From Catajapyx aquilonaris (lineage: Eukaryota): a stretch of DNA of 64,000 nt. The position numbers and the translations under genes are program-made. The DNA lies in assembly GCA_000934665.2 (NCBI GenBank), contig KZ538387.1:1-64000 (forward strand), given 5' to 3'. This document shows, one piece after another, positions 23,723 through 38,070 of this stretch; position 1 is the stretch's first letter; every line of letters starts with the position of its first letter. Below the pieces are notes generated by a model. That model had not been told where the DNA came from. It did not search any database and worked only from the letters and a program-made list of their open reading frames with translations.

Positions 23723-26700
23723 ATGATAGTTGAACTGCTGTTATTTTGCTCGGTTCTTATTCTTGGATTCATCTACTTGAATAACCAGCGACCGGAACGG
23801 TTTCCTCCAGGTAATGCTTCTTAACTATTTCATTCGGTTTGGAATAACAATGGGAATAAAATTTGTTATCATGCTGTCTCATAGAGCCCGTCTATAATGC
23901 ATCAGATCTATACTATAGTACAGCAAATCTCTCCATAATGGCAAAATATATTCACAGACAATCCTAATGTAAACAGGACATAATTTACATAATTAAAATT
24001 TCTTCCAGGCCAGAGTTCATTTATTTCTGTACAGTACTGTATCTAGACTGCATCAGGACATTAATGTCATGAGCAGGTCATGAGGGTGCAGTGGTCCTTT
24101 GATATTGAGTTCACGCGATAAAGTTATCTCGAGTTTTTCGCAATGTCTGTCTGCAGCATAGAATTGCCCAGGATTGTCCTATATAATTATCTCGTATATG
24201 ACACGACAGTAGGAAATTATGTACTTGCATGAGTGCATGACCCGTTTTACTACAGGAATGTGATAGCATTTTTGCTGAAAGTGATGGTTGTTCCATAAAG
24301 ACTATAGTCTAAAAGTATGGAACTACTGCAAATTTAAAATTAATTAAAATTAATTAAAATTTTAAAAATCAATTAGCCAATTAAAAATTAATTAAAGTTT
24401 TAAAAATTAATTAAAAATGAAGTAAAAATGAAGTAAAAATTGATTAAAAATTGATTAAAAATTAAAAATTAATTATATGCCTATATGAAGTAAAAATTGA
24501 TTAAAAAGTGATTAAAAATTAATTATATGCCTATATGAAGTAAAAATTGATTAAAAAGTGATTAAAAATTAAAAATTAATTTAAAAATTTAAGAAGAATT
24601 TAAAAAATTAAAAAAGAATTTAAACTTTTTAAAAATCAATTAAAAATTAAAAAGTAATTTAAAAATTTAAAAAGAATTTAAATTTGTTTCAATCAATTAA
24701 AAATTAAAAAGTAGTTAAAAATTAAAACAGTAATTAAAAATGAAAAAGTATATATATTTTTTTTGCATTACCCCATTGGGAGTTACATTTCCTTTAGGGG
24801 GGTGGAAATACCACCATTTGGGTGGAACCGGTATACTAAGATAGTATTTAGTGTGTTCCAAGGGTAGGTAAGAGGGGATGTGCAAAGTGCGTGTGCAATG
24901 TCGTTGATGTGCCGTTTTTTGTGAACTCCCCCGGGTGGCATATGTGAAAGGATCGCCACCCGAAACGAAGCCAGAGACGGTCTCACTCTGCACGAAAGAA
25001 GGTGGGAACCCTGGGTGGGGATTGAACCCGGGACCTTAACTTCCGTGGGCGCACGCGTTACCGCGGCGCCACTCCGTCTCCCTTGTGAAAAAGTAATTAA
25101 AAAATTAGAAAAAATTGAAATTTTTAAAAAGCAATTAAAAATTAAAAAGTCATCAAAAATTAAAACAGTAATTAAGAAATTAAAAAGTAATTTAAAAATT
25201 AAAAATTAATTTTAAAAAATTAAAAGTTTATTTAAAAAATTAATTTAGAAAATTAATTTAAAGGTAATTAAAATTAAACATTTTCTCTGCAATTAGACCC
25301 GAATTTGAATACGAACAAAGTAACGTGAATATTTGCCTCCGTGTATACACGCAATTTGTAACCATTCATGGCATCATTTTTAGGGCCATGGGGACTTCCT
25401 CTCGTCGGCTACAATCCATTCTTGGGAAAGCACCCATACAAAACCTTCATCAAGTTGGGGAAAAAGTATGGTGGCGTCTTCAGTGTACCACTTGGTACTA
25501 AAAAGTAAGTACCGGTATGCATATTAAGGGCATCGTCCTCGTTATTTTTTAAAAAAATGTGTTGTTGATGCAGGGTGGTGATCCTAAACGACGCTAAAGC
25601 CATCAGAGCTGCATGGAAAGATCCGGTTTTTAATGGCCGTCCTAAGTCTGACATGGACACGGTCTGGGGTGGAGATGGGACAGATTTTGTCCACGGAATC
25701 ATCTTCAGCGAAGGACCATATTGGATGGAGCAACGACGATTCACATTACGGAATCTGAGAGATCTCGGATTTGGTAAGCAGGGTATGGAAACCATCATCC
25801 AAAATGAGGTAGGGACACATTATTCTAAAGGACTTCAACAGTTTTATCACTTGTCATTTTTTTCAGATTCAAATCCTGTGCCAGACTTTGGATGGAAAAG
25901 CAGGGCAATCAGTTAACATGTACCATTTCTTTGACCTGGCTGTCATTAACGGCCTATGGACCATAGTAACTTCAAATCGGTTTGACCAAGGAGATGAAAA
26001 GCTGAAAAATCTGATTGAAAATATTATGCAGTAAGTATTGTGACATGGATTCAAGAAGTCCAATATTATTTCTTTTCTCTTTTAGTACTTTTATGGGTGA
26101 CCCCATCACAGGACTTCGGTACAACTGCGATATCCTGATGAAGTGGTTTCCCAACCTGATGGGATGGCCTGGAATAGTAAAGTCTGTTGGTAAAATTCTG
26201 AGCTACAGCTCCGACATCATCAAAGAACATAAGGACAATTTCATAGAAGGTTCTCCAAGGGATTTCACAGACATTTTTCTCGAGGAAATGAAACGAACTA
26301 CTGATCCTAATTCGAGTTTCTATGGAGAGACAGGAGGTATGGTAGTGTTATAGTATGACACTGTAAATTATTGACCAGTCCGTTTTCAGACAGGTCACTG
26401 AAAATCACATTGCTGGACTTATTTTTGGGTGGAAGCGAAACTACTGGAACTACTCTCATGTGGTTTGTGCTACTCATGGCTACACATCCAGAGAAGCAAA
26501 GAAAGTTGCAAGAGGAGGTGGATCACGTTGCTGGCACAGATGAAAGATCTCCTCCAGGTCTTCATCTCAAAAAGGAGTATGTATAATTCATGTATCACAT
26601 AGACAATAAGTTAAGTAACTTCTACCTAAAATATATATAAATAAACCCGTTTGTGAGTCTGTCTGTCTGTCTGTCTTTCCGTCTGTCCGCCTGCCAACCG

Positions 26701-27546
26701 TCATCTGCCTGCCATCTGTGCTCCACCGCCAGGACGGAAGAGGAGGGAGGTGTTGGGAGTTGACTTCAAATGGCAGGCAAATGATGGTTGCCGTTATACA
26801 GGCGGGAGAGGTTGAAGGTGTTGGAGTAGCAGGACCACAGATGGCATTAGCGGCCGGACACACAGAAAGACAGACAGTTGACGGGGCTACTGGCAGTTGT
26901 TTTCCCTTCATTCATATCTTTCCGGGCAACGCCGGGTGCCGCAGCTAGTAATAACCTCTTAAATTATTTCAGAATGCGTTACACTGAGGCTGTAATCAAC
27001 GAAGTCCTGCGTTACTCCGCTTTTGCCGTCACAGGAGTGATTCATTGCACTACTGAAGACATAGGTTATCAACATCTCCGATCATTACTTGCATGTCTTA
27101 CTTCGGGTGCCTTAATATTGTGCTTATTTGACAGAATTCATGGGATACCATATTCCGAAAAGGACATCTGTAATATCCAACTTGTATTGTGCCTTGCATG
27201 ACCCCAAATATTGGGACAATCCGGAAGAATTTACACCAGAGAGGTTCATGGGCGAGGTGGATCAGGCCAAGACTAATCCTGCCTTCATCATGTTTGGTTA
27301 TGGTCAGTTCAGAATAATGTTTGAATTGGACAACACACATTTAGAACGACGCACTTTGCAGGGAAGAGAGTGTGCCTAGGAGAAGTCCTGGCTCGTGCTC
27401 AGCTCTTTTTGTTCTGCACTGCCCTGATGCAGAGGTTCACTTTCTCTGTGATACCAGATGACCCTCCTTCCTTGGAGGTGTCTGGCGTAGGAGTCGTGTC
27501 ATATCTGCACCCTTTTAGCCTCATGGTCACTCGTCGTCACCAATGA
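23723..27546 (+). CDS. Cytochrome P450, CYP2 clan (copy 3, distinct subfamily), ~9 exons
   Basis: [47 protein letters not shown]; long intron 1 (23811-25383). Confidence 0.88.
24330..25280. repeat. AT-rich low-complexity (aattaaaa-like) tract interrupted by a SINE
   Basis: Degenerate aattaaaaatt repeats at 24330-24745 and 25090-25280. Confidence 0.8.
24751..25085 (-). mobile_element. SINE S1, full length
   Basis: Near-identical to 12798-13131; 10-bp TSD tgaaaaagta at 24741-24750 and 25086-25095. Confidence 0.85.
26621..26948 (+). mobile_element. Non-autonomous Helitron family H1 in a P450 intron
   Basis: (GTCT)n near the 5' end, 3' hairpin ccgggcaacgccgggtg and CTAG|T; near-identical copy at 56127-56439; partial copy at 28505-28640. 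Confidence 0.8.
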
Positions 27547-28029
27547 AGCAGGGATTACAAGCCTTTTCATGTATTCTAATATCCATCGTGTCCTCCTCCA
27601 GGTGGTCCTCCTGCCACTAGTTGTTGTAGAGTTAAATCACTTTAAGTCAAGCTGATATCTCAATAAAATAAAAAAGAACGCCTGAATCCTTGAATACCTC
27701 ATGGTCCTCTTCTTGCACTAAAACTGCTTCGGTTTTTCTTACCTATAGCTTTGTCATGTAATATGGCCTTGTGATTGGTCTAAAACAGTCCAATCAGCAT
27801 AATTATACATTACAGTACCGTGCAGCTTGACCTTGAACATTGTTAATCTCACATTCATCAGCCTGACTGTGAGTTTGATTCAGAGAGATAAATAATATCA
27901 GACATTATTCTACAGCCCTAATAATGGATAAGCAGGTGGACATCAAAGATGGGCCGCCGCACTTTCTTCACACTGAAGCAATGCTTCTTACTATATGGCA
28001 AAAAATGTCAAATGAAGTGGCTCTATTAA

Positions 28030-29374
28030 GCGTAGATTCCTCCGGCTCCAGGTAACTATTTTTGAAAATATCTCACTAGTTTTGAGTAACAATGGGGAGA
28101 AAAATGCTTTATTTCGGCATCGTGTGTATAGGTGATATAACAAAGGAAGTATGAACAGTGATATGCAAGTTTGCGCGATAAGCATCTTGAGTTATGTGCA
28201 ATGTCCACTTAGAGATTCCCTTTTAGGTAACCTGCATGACCAGTTATCATGACAATGCAACTTATGACATTTTCCATCAAGGTTAACTTCGGCATTGTCA
28301 ATTTTTCTTCAGGGCCATGGGGACTTCCTTTGGTTGGCTTCAATCCATTCTTGGGAGAGAATCCATACAAATCCTTCATCAAGTTGGGGAAAAAATATGG
28401 TAACGTCTTCAGTGTACCAATAGGTACAAAAAAGTGAGTACATTTTAATCAGGACATTGTTGTTGACATATAAAAATGTGTTGTTGATGCAGTGTGGTCT
28501 TAATTAAAGAAAGGCCGTGTCGGAAGGACGGGAGAGGTTGGAGGTGTAGGAGGCGGGCCACAGATGTCGGTCGAATGACGATGACGGTTGGCGTTCCAGG
28601 CGGACAGACAGACAGATCACAAACGGCTTTATTTATATAAATTATACATATTATGATTCCGCGGAATCTATCGTGTCGCAATTTGCCCTATCCTTTTACA
28701 GAAAGGTCACTGAAGAATATGCTCATGTTTCTGGGTGGAACTGAAACTACTGGAACTACTCTTTTATGGTTTGTGTTGCTCATGGCAACACATCCAGAAA
28801 AGCAAAAGACGTTGCAAGAGGAGGTATATCGTGTTTCTGAAAAGATGATCCCCTAAGAGGCCCAAGGAGGCCTAGCACGGGGTATCCATTATTATTATTA
28901 TATATATATATTATTATATATCGTGTTTCTGGCACTGATAAAAGATATACTCCAGGTCTTCATCTCAAAAAGGAGTACGTGGTATAATGCATGTAGTACT
29001 GTGTCGAATTGATTTCTACCTCTCCCACCAAGAATTACAGTCCATTAGATGGTTACGGAATGCCTTACACTGAGGCTGTAATCAACGAAGTCCTGCTTCG
29101 TTACTCTGCTTTTGCAGTCTCAGGACCTCTTCGCTGCACCACTGAAGAGACAGATCGTTATCTATTTTTTTGGTCACACATTGTCAGATGTCTCACACTA
29201 GTGCTTTTTCACCTAGAATTTATGGAGTACCACATTCCAAAAAATACAACGGTCATAGTCAACTTGTACTACGCCTTGCATGACCCTCGATATTGGGACA
29301 ATCCGGAAGAATTTATATGGGCGAAGTGGACCACACCAAGACTAATCCTGCCTTCATCAACAACCTGTCATTAG
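28030..29374 (+). pseudogene. Decayed P450 pseudogene, paralog of copy 3
   Basis: Retains [10 protein letters not shown] exon, FLGGTETTGT and EVL-LR; middle exons missing; transposon insertions in exons; frameshift after PEEF; no heme exon. Confidence 0.85.
28840..28916 (+). mobile_element. 5'-truncated retroposon tail inserted in a pseudogene exon
   Basis: 15-bp TSD tatatcgtgtttctg at 28825-28839 and 28917-28931; ccccta...cacggggtatcc(att)n tail. Confidence 0.75.
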
Positions 29375-29999
29375 CAGTCCAAATAAAGAACGTTCTAAGC
29401 TGATTTCTGTATCACTGATTTTGTTTACCAGTATAGTATGAAAATGTGGGCATGTTAAATGTGAGGTATAAAAAATCATCAGAAGTGGTCAAGGTTAAAT
29501 ATATTGCATATACTGCACATGCATTTGAAATTACTCTTCCAATGTTTATGACGAAATAAGTGTATTCTCATGTACTGCGTCTGGCTGAAGGTGATTTATA
29601 AGACATATTACGTGATCATACTAATGAGTGTGTATACACAAGATCCCTTAAGCAAAAAAACATACCGGTATGTAATATTTCAGCGCCACTGCATTTATCT
29701 GCATGATAACAATATTAATTACAGACAGATATACATTATGTTTAATTTTTATAACTTTGTACGTTATACTCGTATATAATTATAGGCATGCATGTATCAC
29801 GCCGTAAAATTAAGAAGCATTTGCATCCTATGTAATTTATCGGCTACTCCAACAAAAAGTATCCTTGAAACCGTCCAATCAGCGCACACGACCTTTGCTC
29901 TAACTCTCTCCATTCTGGCATATGTAAAGAGAGTCACTCGACTGACCTCTACGCACTGGAGAGTTGTTACAGAAGGAAAGTGCAAGTGCAGAGAGAATA

Positions 30000-32086
30000 A
30001 TGATAGTGGAAGTGCTTGTGTTCATTGTTGTCCTATTGCTTACTGTCAGCGTATGGCAAAAATGGTCCCATACAACAGAGAAGTTTCCACCAGGTAAATT
30101 TACACTTTAAATATTTTAAACTCATTATAAAAGCTGGCACATTGAACTTTCAGGCCCAATGGGTCTACCTATTTTGGGCTACCTTCCATTTTTGGGTCGT
30201 GAGCCCCACAAGACCTTGGCAAACCTGTCCAAGAAGTATGGTGACATATTCAGCATCTACTTAGGATCCACAAGGTCAGTCGTCATCAAATCATTAATAT
30301 ATTGTAGATATGCACATAATTATTTAATTAAATTTTAGAGCCGTGGTGTTGAACAAAGTTGAGCATATTAGAGAGGCTGGAAAACGGGACGACTTTTCCG
30401 GACGTCCCGAGTTGGAATTCAATATCATGTGGGGCGGAGGAGGGACGGACAAAGTGCATGGTATGACACACAATCGACAGGTACCGTCAGTTGTCACATG
30501 CTTTGTCAATTGGCAGGGATCATATTCAACGAAGGAGATGACTGGTTGGAGCAAAGGCGGTTCACACTAAGACATCTGAGGGACCTTGGGTTCGGAAGGA
30601 AGACAATGGAAGACCTCATATTGCATGAGGTGCAACAATTGATCGGAAAGCTAGAGTATGTTATCACTATTTAGTTTTAAATTAATTTATTAAATTTTGC
30701 ACGATTTTGCAGAAGCAATATTAATGAGCCAGTGGCTGTTGATAAGCTGTTTGAGATAAGTGTGATCAATGCTCTCTGGACACTGGTAGCAGGGGATGGT
30801 TTCAAGACTGAAGACACGGATTTGATCGACACCATAGAGAAAATGACTAGGTAAGTGCAATGCCATCTGACATGCACAGTGTGTGTAATAGTGTTGGTAC
30901 AAAATAGGCATATCACAGAAGCAAACACGACCGGACTGGTGTATTTCTTTCCTCGATTTTCTCGCTTGTTTCCGTTCATCTCTGGCTGGACCGAGTTCGA
31001 AGAAGCTATTGTTAAAGTGCGGAAATTGTGTACAGTAAGTGGCTTGTGCTGCACATAACATTACTGTAGGAAATGGTTGCTAGACCATTAAAACCATGGA
31101 TTGTTATACTTCAGGATGTGATCAACAAACACCGCAAACGCTCGTTCGATCCTGAACACCCAGAGGACTTTATAGAAATATTTATGAAAATGATGCAGGA
31201 AACAAAGGACAAAAATTCTTCATTCTACGGCTCGAAAGGAGGTGATGATTTTATTCATGAAACAATGTCTGTGATGACAATAATAATATTTTGACTTTTC
31301 AGATATTTCAATTCTGGCGACAGTAATGGATCTGTTTGGTGCTGGAGTGGAAACGACCAGTTCTGGGATGTCATGGGCCATATTGTTCATCTCTTATTTT
31401 CCACGTGTCCAGAAGAAGCTTCAAGAAGAACTAGATACTGTTGTTGGTCGACATAGAACTCCATCGTTGACAGACAAGTACGTATTATACACTTCTGAAA
31501 GTGTATATAATATAATGTCGCAATTTTTTTATTCAGGCTGCCATACTTGGAGGCAACAATTCAGGAAGTCATTCGATTCAGCGGAATGGTTCCATTGTTG
31601 CTTCAACATCGAGTGACTAAAGACGCAGGTGAGACATTTGATATTTCACATATAGAGGTGTCATATAATGTGGTTCAGAGTTCCAGGGATACCTGATCCC
31701 CAATGGTACTTTGGTGATCCTAAATGCTGACAAGGCTGCTCATGATCCTGATCACTGGGACAAACCAGAGGAGTTCATGCCAGAGAGGTTCATCGGACCT
31801 GATGGATCACTAATAAGCAACGATGCTTTTCTCATATTTGGTGTCGGTATGTCCCACACGGATAATGTCGCCAGCAAAATATTATTTATGGTTCATTTTA
31901 GGCAAACGAGTGTGCATTGGTGAGCGTCTAGCCCGAAGTGAGATGTTCCTATTCCTCAGCTGCATCTTGCAAAAGTTCAGCCTGACTTTGCAGTCTGAAC
32001 CTAAGCCTACTCTGAAGCCTCGATCACCTGGAATCGTGCTACATCCTTCTCCATTCCTGCTCAAGCTGGCTCACAGAGACGTGTAA
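30000..32086 (+). CDS. Cytochrome P450, CYP2 clan (copy 4), 11 exons
   Basis: [47 protein letters not shown]. Confidence 0.92.
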
Positions 32087-33564
32087 AATAATTAGCAGAA
32101 AAATATTTACCGACCTCTTATCGCACTCATTGAAGTTATGTGACAATACATAAAACCTTGAGTGTAATCTTATACAGAATCTGCTTTTTACCTTCGTAAT
32201 GAAAGAAAATCTGTCGTATATCAGAGAAACATGTTCCACTAATCCCAATAAAAAAGTAACAATAAAGTGACCTGTAATCCCATCAGTGACAATATTACCA
32301 GCCATCTTTTTGTGCATGTCTTAATATGATCAGGTAATAATGTATGACTTCCAAAACTATACGTAATGCAAGAGGAATTTTTTGATGCAATAATTATCAA
32401 GCATTATGTAACGACACTTGGGGNNNNNNNNNNGGGGGGGACGATGACACAATGCTACAGATTTATTAGACATTGCTGATACTCAAGACCTTGTTGAGCT
32501 TCATGGACTGGATGAGTTTGTCCGATTAACCTTATTAAAACCCTTTCCTCGCTGGACTCGTATAAAATTGGTCATGTTAAGTAAATTAGTTACACTCACG
32601 GCATATTTCCAAGATGGGGTTTACCATCAGTTTAAGTAAATAAGACTTTAAATTAGATTATTAAATGTGGTAGATCCGTTATTAGGGGGCACGGCAGTGC
32701 CCCCGCCAAGTTCTCGCCGCACTGCCGGACCACCTTTACCCGACACAACTCGCGTCATTTTGACCCCCTCGAATCTTCGCACTGGTGAACATAGGTGGCT
32801 TCAAAAATTTCTTTGGGTAGATAAAAATCGATTAAAAATAATGCCCCCTTACCTCCATGTTCATATCTCTTTTCATTTCCGACTTAAAAAATCCTACAAA
32901 CTCCCAAAACGGCCATAATATGACACTCACTGACTCACTGATCATCAAAATTATACGGAACTTACAGTGGTCCTAGAATGATGAAATTTGGTATGCTGGT
33001 AGATGTCAAACAAACATCAGAATAAATCTGAAAATGGCACTTTTTTGAGTCTAAATGCGCAAAAAAAATTATTTTCACGAAGTCTGCTGCTGCTTTACCA
33101 GATGCGGCATTTTTACCACGGATTACTTTTTACTTTGAATTTCCATCAGTTATGCTGGTGCTCCTCCTGCATTCCCCACGTTCTCATCTCCTCACCCCAT
33201 CCCTTCTCCCCCCTGCATACCGCTGGCCAACGACGTAGCCAGCCCCCCCCCCCTCCCCCAATCTTGTGGATTAAAAAAACCATGTCAAGGAAATTACTAA
33301 TTCATGATTTGGGGGGGTGGGAAGTGCTACCAATTTCATCTAATACACACCCATTCAAATCTCCAATATTCACCTAAGCTCGTGTGACCTTCGTCAACTC
33401 GAAAAAATTTCGCCTGCGGCGGACCTCCCCCCCCCGAACTGAATTCCTGACTACGTCACTGCCGCTAGCTATCTGAAGCTGCGATTGCATTCCATACAAA
33501 TACAAATATTTCATACAAATACAACTACAAATTCCTAATTACCTAAAATACAAAATAATACAAA

Positions 33565-33870
33565 TACAAAATTCGAGGTCATCAACAGCCTATGTGTACA
33601 GGGAATTTGTGTGGCGTATGCCATTACCATACAGAGGACAGAGCCAAGGCCTGAGTCTCACTAATGCACTCATCGATATGGGTTCCTCACTTCCTCTGTC
33701 TTCTCGTGCGGTCAAACCTACGTGACTCTTTCCAGAGTTAAAAGTCTCAACGGAGTGCATCTCATCACAATGCCTCCTTTACTAACATCAAGGCTCAAGA
33801 GTCAGCTATTCTGGAGAACGATAGATTGAGATCTATTTACCGACCAGATTTATCCATACTCAAAAGAATG
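33565..33870 (+). pseudogene. Frameshifted PIF1-type helicase C-terminus of a Helitron/Helentron RepHel
   Basis: Conceptual translation across frameshifts: ICVAYAITI..SQGLSLTNALIDMGSS..FSCGQTYVTLSRVKSLNGVHLI..IKAQESAILENDRLRSIYRPDL (SF1B motifs V and VI). Confidence 0.8.
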
Positions 33871-34134
33871 GGCTATGCGATCCGGTGTAGCAGATGTCCA
33901 ATTCGCACAACCAGAACAGAAAAAAGGAAGCGTAATATGAGAAAGCAGAAGAAAATCATACCTATTCAGAGGAAAAGATAGAGTTTTACATACTTTCGCA
34001 AATAACCTACACATTTTGCTCTAAGTTATTCATTCCCTTATTTGGAATATTTAAAGGACCATTGCTTCCTCGACCAACCGTAGGGGGCTCCCCGAGCTTC
34101 CTTATAATCTATACACTTCTGCCTACAAAATGAG

Positions 34135-34579
34135 GTGAGATCCCACCAAAAACTTTTCTGTAAAAAAAGGCCAAGTTCTCCTAACTGCTTGGCCGTCAAA
34201 AGTGGTGAGATCTGAAATACGGCCAAGTTCAACGTCGTAGTCAATTACTGGCATTCTCAAATATTCTTCAACCTAAACCACTAAGTTTGTTTTTCATGGT
34301 CGACCTTAGGTTTAATCGTCAAAAAATTTTAATGGAATTTCTCTTGCGGCAACTTGGTCATTGCTCATGTCCGAGGTATTGTTGAATTCTACAACTGTTT
34401 CAATGTTTTAAGAGCAATGGAAAAATAAAGTTAGTGGTTTAGGTTGAAGAAGTTGAGAATGCCAGTAATTGACGACGACGTTGAACTTGGCCGTATTTCA
34501 GATCTCACCACTTTTGACGGCCAAGCAGTCAGGAGAACTTGGCCTTTTTTACAGAAAGGTTTTTGGTGGGATATCTCAC
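34135..34579. mobile_element. MITE with ~150-bp TIRs
   Basis: 34135-34290 is the reverse complement of 34427-34579; the ORF track shows the same peptide on both strands. Confidence 0.8.
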
Positions 34580-35024
34580 TACCGGAGCATACGTGATCGA
34601 TCTACAGTACGGTACGTAAAAGGAATTATTTTGCATAATTTAAATATAAATTGTTCAGAAACATTTACAAAAATCTGGTATGATTTTGGGTAAAATATGC
34701 CACAATGAGGAAAATAAACGCGTAATAATTATAACAATACTTTTACCACAGCCACTGCATTTATCTGCATTCATTACTCAAGGATTTCAACTTTTGAAAG
34801 ATTTACAATCCCATTATTTTCAGGCTAGCAACTCTATGACTATTATTATTGCAGGCTTGTAAAGCAATTCGAGTCGCAGTAAAATAGTAGTGCACTCTTT
34901 CCTAGTTTATCGGTCACTTCAAAATAATAATATCATTTTATCCAGCCCATCAACAAACTGCTTGAAATCTCTCTGTACTGGCATAAGTAAAAACCTAGTT
35001 AGTGCATTAGTGCAAGTTGCAATA

Positions 35025-37077
35025 ATGATAGTGGAAGTGCTTGTGTTCATTGCTGTGCTGTTGCTTCATGCAATCACATGGCAAAAATGGAGTGATACAC
35101 CAGAGGAGTTTCCACCAGGTAAATTGCACTTTATATATTTTAAACTTATTATAAAAGCTGGCACATTTAACTTTCAGGCCCAATGGGTCTACCTATTTTG
35201 GGCTACCTTCCATTTCTGGGTCGTGAGCCCCACAAGACCTTGACAAACCTGTCCAAGAAGTATGGTGACATATTCAGCATTTACTTAGGAACCACAAGGT
35301 CAGTCGTCATCAAATCATAAATTGTAGATATGCACATATTTAATAAAATTTTAGAGCCGTGGTGTTGAACAAGGTTGAGCATATTAGAGAGGCTGGAAAA
35401 CGGGACGACTTTTCCGGACGTCCCGAGTTGGAGTTCAATATCATGTGGGGCGGAGGAGGGACGGACAAAGTGCATGGTACGACACACAATGGACAGGTAC
35501 CGTCAGTTGTCACATGCTTTGTCAATTGGCAGGGATCATATTCAACGAAGGAGATGACTGGTCGGAGCTAAGGCGGTTCACACTGAGACATCTGAGGGAC
35601 CTTGGGTTCGGAAGGAAGACAATGGAAGACCTCATATTGCATGAGGTGCAACAATTGATCGGAAAGCTAGAGTATGTCATCACTATTTAGTATTAGTATT
35701 AGTTAAATTTTTCGCGACTTTTCAGAAGCAATATTAATGAGCCAGTGGCTGTTGAAAAGCTGTTCGAGGTAAGTGTGATCAATGCTCTTTGGACACTGAT
35801 AGCAGGAGATGGTTTCAAGACTGAAGATACGGATTTGATCGAAACCATAGAGAAAATGACTAGGTAAGTGCAATGCCATCTGACATGCACAGTGTGTGTA
35901 ATAGTGTTGGTACAAAATAGGCATGTCACAGAAGCAAACACGACCGGACTGGTGTACTTCTTTCCTCGATTTTCTCGTCTGTTTCCGTTCCTGTCTGGCT
36001 GGACCGAGTTCGAAAATGCAATTGTTAAAGTGCGGAACCTATGCATAGTAAGTATCTTGTGCTGTATAATATTGATTGCACTATAAATTTGTTTAACTTC
36101 AGGATGTGATCAACAAACATCGCAAACGCTCGTTCGATCCTGAACACCCCCATGACTTTATCGAAATATTTATGAAAATGATGCAGGAAACAAATGACAA
36201 AAATTCGTCATTCTACGGCTCGAAAGGAGGTCATGTACCCTGTTTAATGAAGCCTATCACAACAATAATAGTGTTTTGAATTTTTCAGATGTTTCAATTC
36301 TGTCGACAGTAATGGATCTATTTGGTGCTGGAGTTGAAACGACCAGTTCTGGGATGTCATGGTCCGTCATGTTCATAGCTTATTTTCCACATGTCCAGAA
36401 GAAAATTCATGAGGAACTAGACTCTGTTGTAGGTCGACACAGAACTCCGTCGTTGACAGACAAGTATGTTTTATACACTTCCGAAAGTGCGTATAATGTA
36501 ATGTCACAATTTTTCTTTCAGGCTGCCATACTTGGAGGCAACAATTCAGGAAGTCATTCGATTCAGTGGTATGGTTCCATTGTTGCTTCATCACAGGGTG
36601 ACTAGAGACGCAGGTGAGGCATTAATGTGATGTTTCACATATAGGTGTTATATGATGTGGTTTAGAGTTCCAGGGATACCATATCCCTAGTGGTACTTTG
36701 GTGGTACTGAATGCGTACAATGCAGCTCATGACCCTAATCACTGGGACAAACCAGAGGAGTTCATGCCAGAGAGGTTCATCGGACCTGATGGATCACTAA
36801 TAAGCAACGATGCTTTTCTCATATTTGGTGTCGGTATGTCCCACACCGATATTGTTATGATTCAAGAAATATTACCTGGTTTGTTTCCGCAGGTAAAAGA
36901 GTGTGCATTGGTGAGCGTCTGGCCCGAAGTGAGATGTTCCTATTCCTCAGCTGCATCTTGCAAAAGTTCAGCCTGACTTTGCAGTCTGAACCTAAACCAA
37001 CTCTGAAGCCTAGATCACCTGGAACCGTGCTGCATCCTTCTCCATTCCTGCTCAAGCTGGCTCACAGAGACGTGTAA
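35025..37077 (+). CDS. Cytochrome P450, CYP2 clan (copy 5), recent duplicate of copies 4 and 6
   Basis: Same motifs and near-identical introns; WSELRRF; FGVGKRVCIG. Confidence 0.92.
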
Positions 37078-38070
37078 AATAATTAGCAGCAAAATATTTA
37101 CCGACCTCTTATCGCACTCATTGACGTTATGTGACAATACATAGAACCTTGAGTGTACTCCTATACAGAATCTGCTTTTTTACTTTCGTAATGAAAGAAA
37201 ATCTGTCGTATATCAGAGAACCATGTTCACTAATCCCAATAAAAAGTAACAATAAAGTGACTTGTAATCCTATCAGTGAAAATACTACTGCACCCTCTTT
37301 TTGTGCGGCATGTCTTAATATGATCAGGTATGATTGTATGACTTCCAAAACTATATACGTAATGCAAGAGGAATTTTTTGATGCAATAATTATTATCAAG
37401 AATAATGGGGGGGGGGGGAGGACAATACTACAGATATACTGTTACTCAAGACCTTGTTGACCTTCATGGACTGGATGAGTTTGTCCGATTAACCTTATTA
37501 AAACCTTCTCCTCGCTGACTAGTATAAAATTGGTCATGTTAAGTATTAGTTACACTCACGGCATATTCCCAAGATGGGGTTACCTTCAGCTAATAAGACT
37601 TTAAATTATATAATTAAATATGGTAGATCCCATGTATCTCACTGTCGGAGCATAAGTGGTCGATCTATGTAAAAATAATTCTTTTGCATTTAAAAAAATA
37701 AATAATATTGTTCAGAAGCATTTAGAAAAATTGGGTGTTATTTTGGGTAAATATGTCACAATGAGGAAAATAAACGCATAATAATTATAACAATACTTTT
37801 ACCACTGGCATTCATAACTCAAGGATTTCAACTTTTGAAAGATTTACAATCCCATTATTTTCTGGCTAGCAACTTCATGACTATTATTATTGCAGGCTTG
37901 TAAAACCATTCGAGTCGCAGTAATAGTAGTGCACTCTTTCCTAATAATTTATCGGCCACTTCAAGATAACAATATCATTATTTTTATCCAGCCAATCAAC
38001 TTACTGATTGAAATCTCTCTGTACTGGCATAAGTAAAAGCCTAGTTAGTGCATTAGTGCAAGTTGCAATC

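Noticed and set aside
26588..26948. Duplicated ~100-aa ORFs, also present at 56124-56439
   Set aside because: Both are copies of the non-coding Helitron H1.
32420..32440. G-runs containing N (also at 5929-5955) as G-quadruplex elements
   Set aside because: They coincide with assembly gaps or ambiguous bases, so the run lengths are unreliable.
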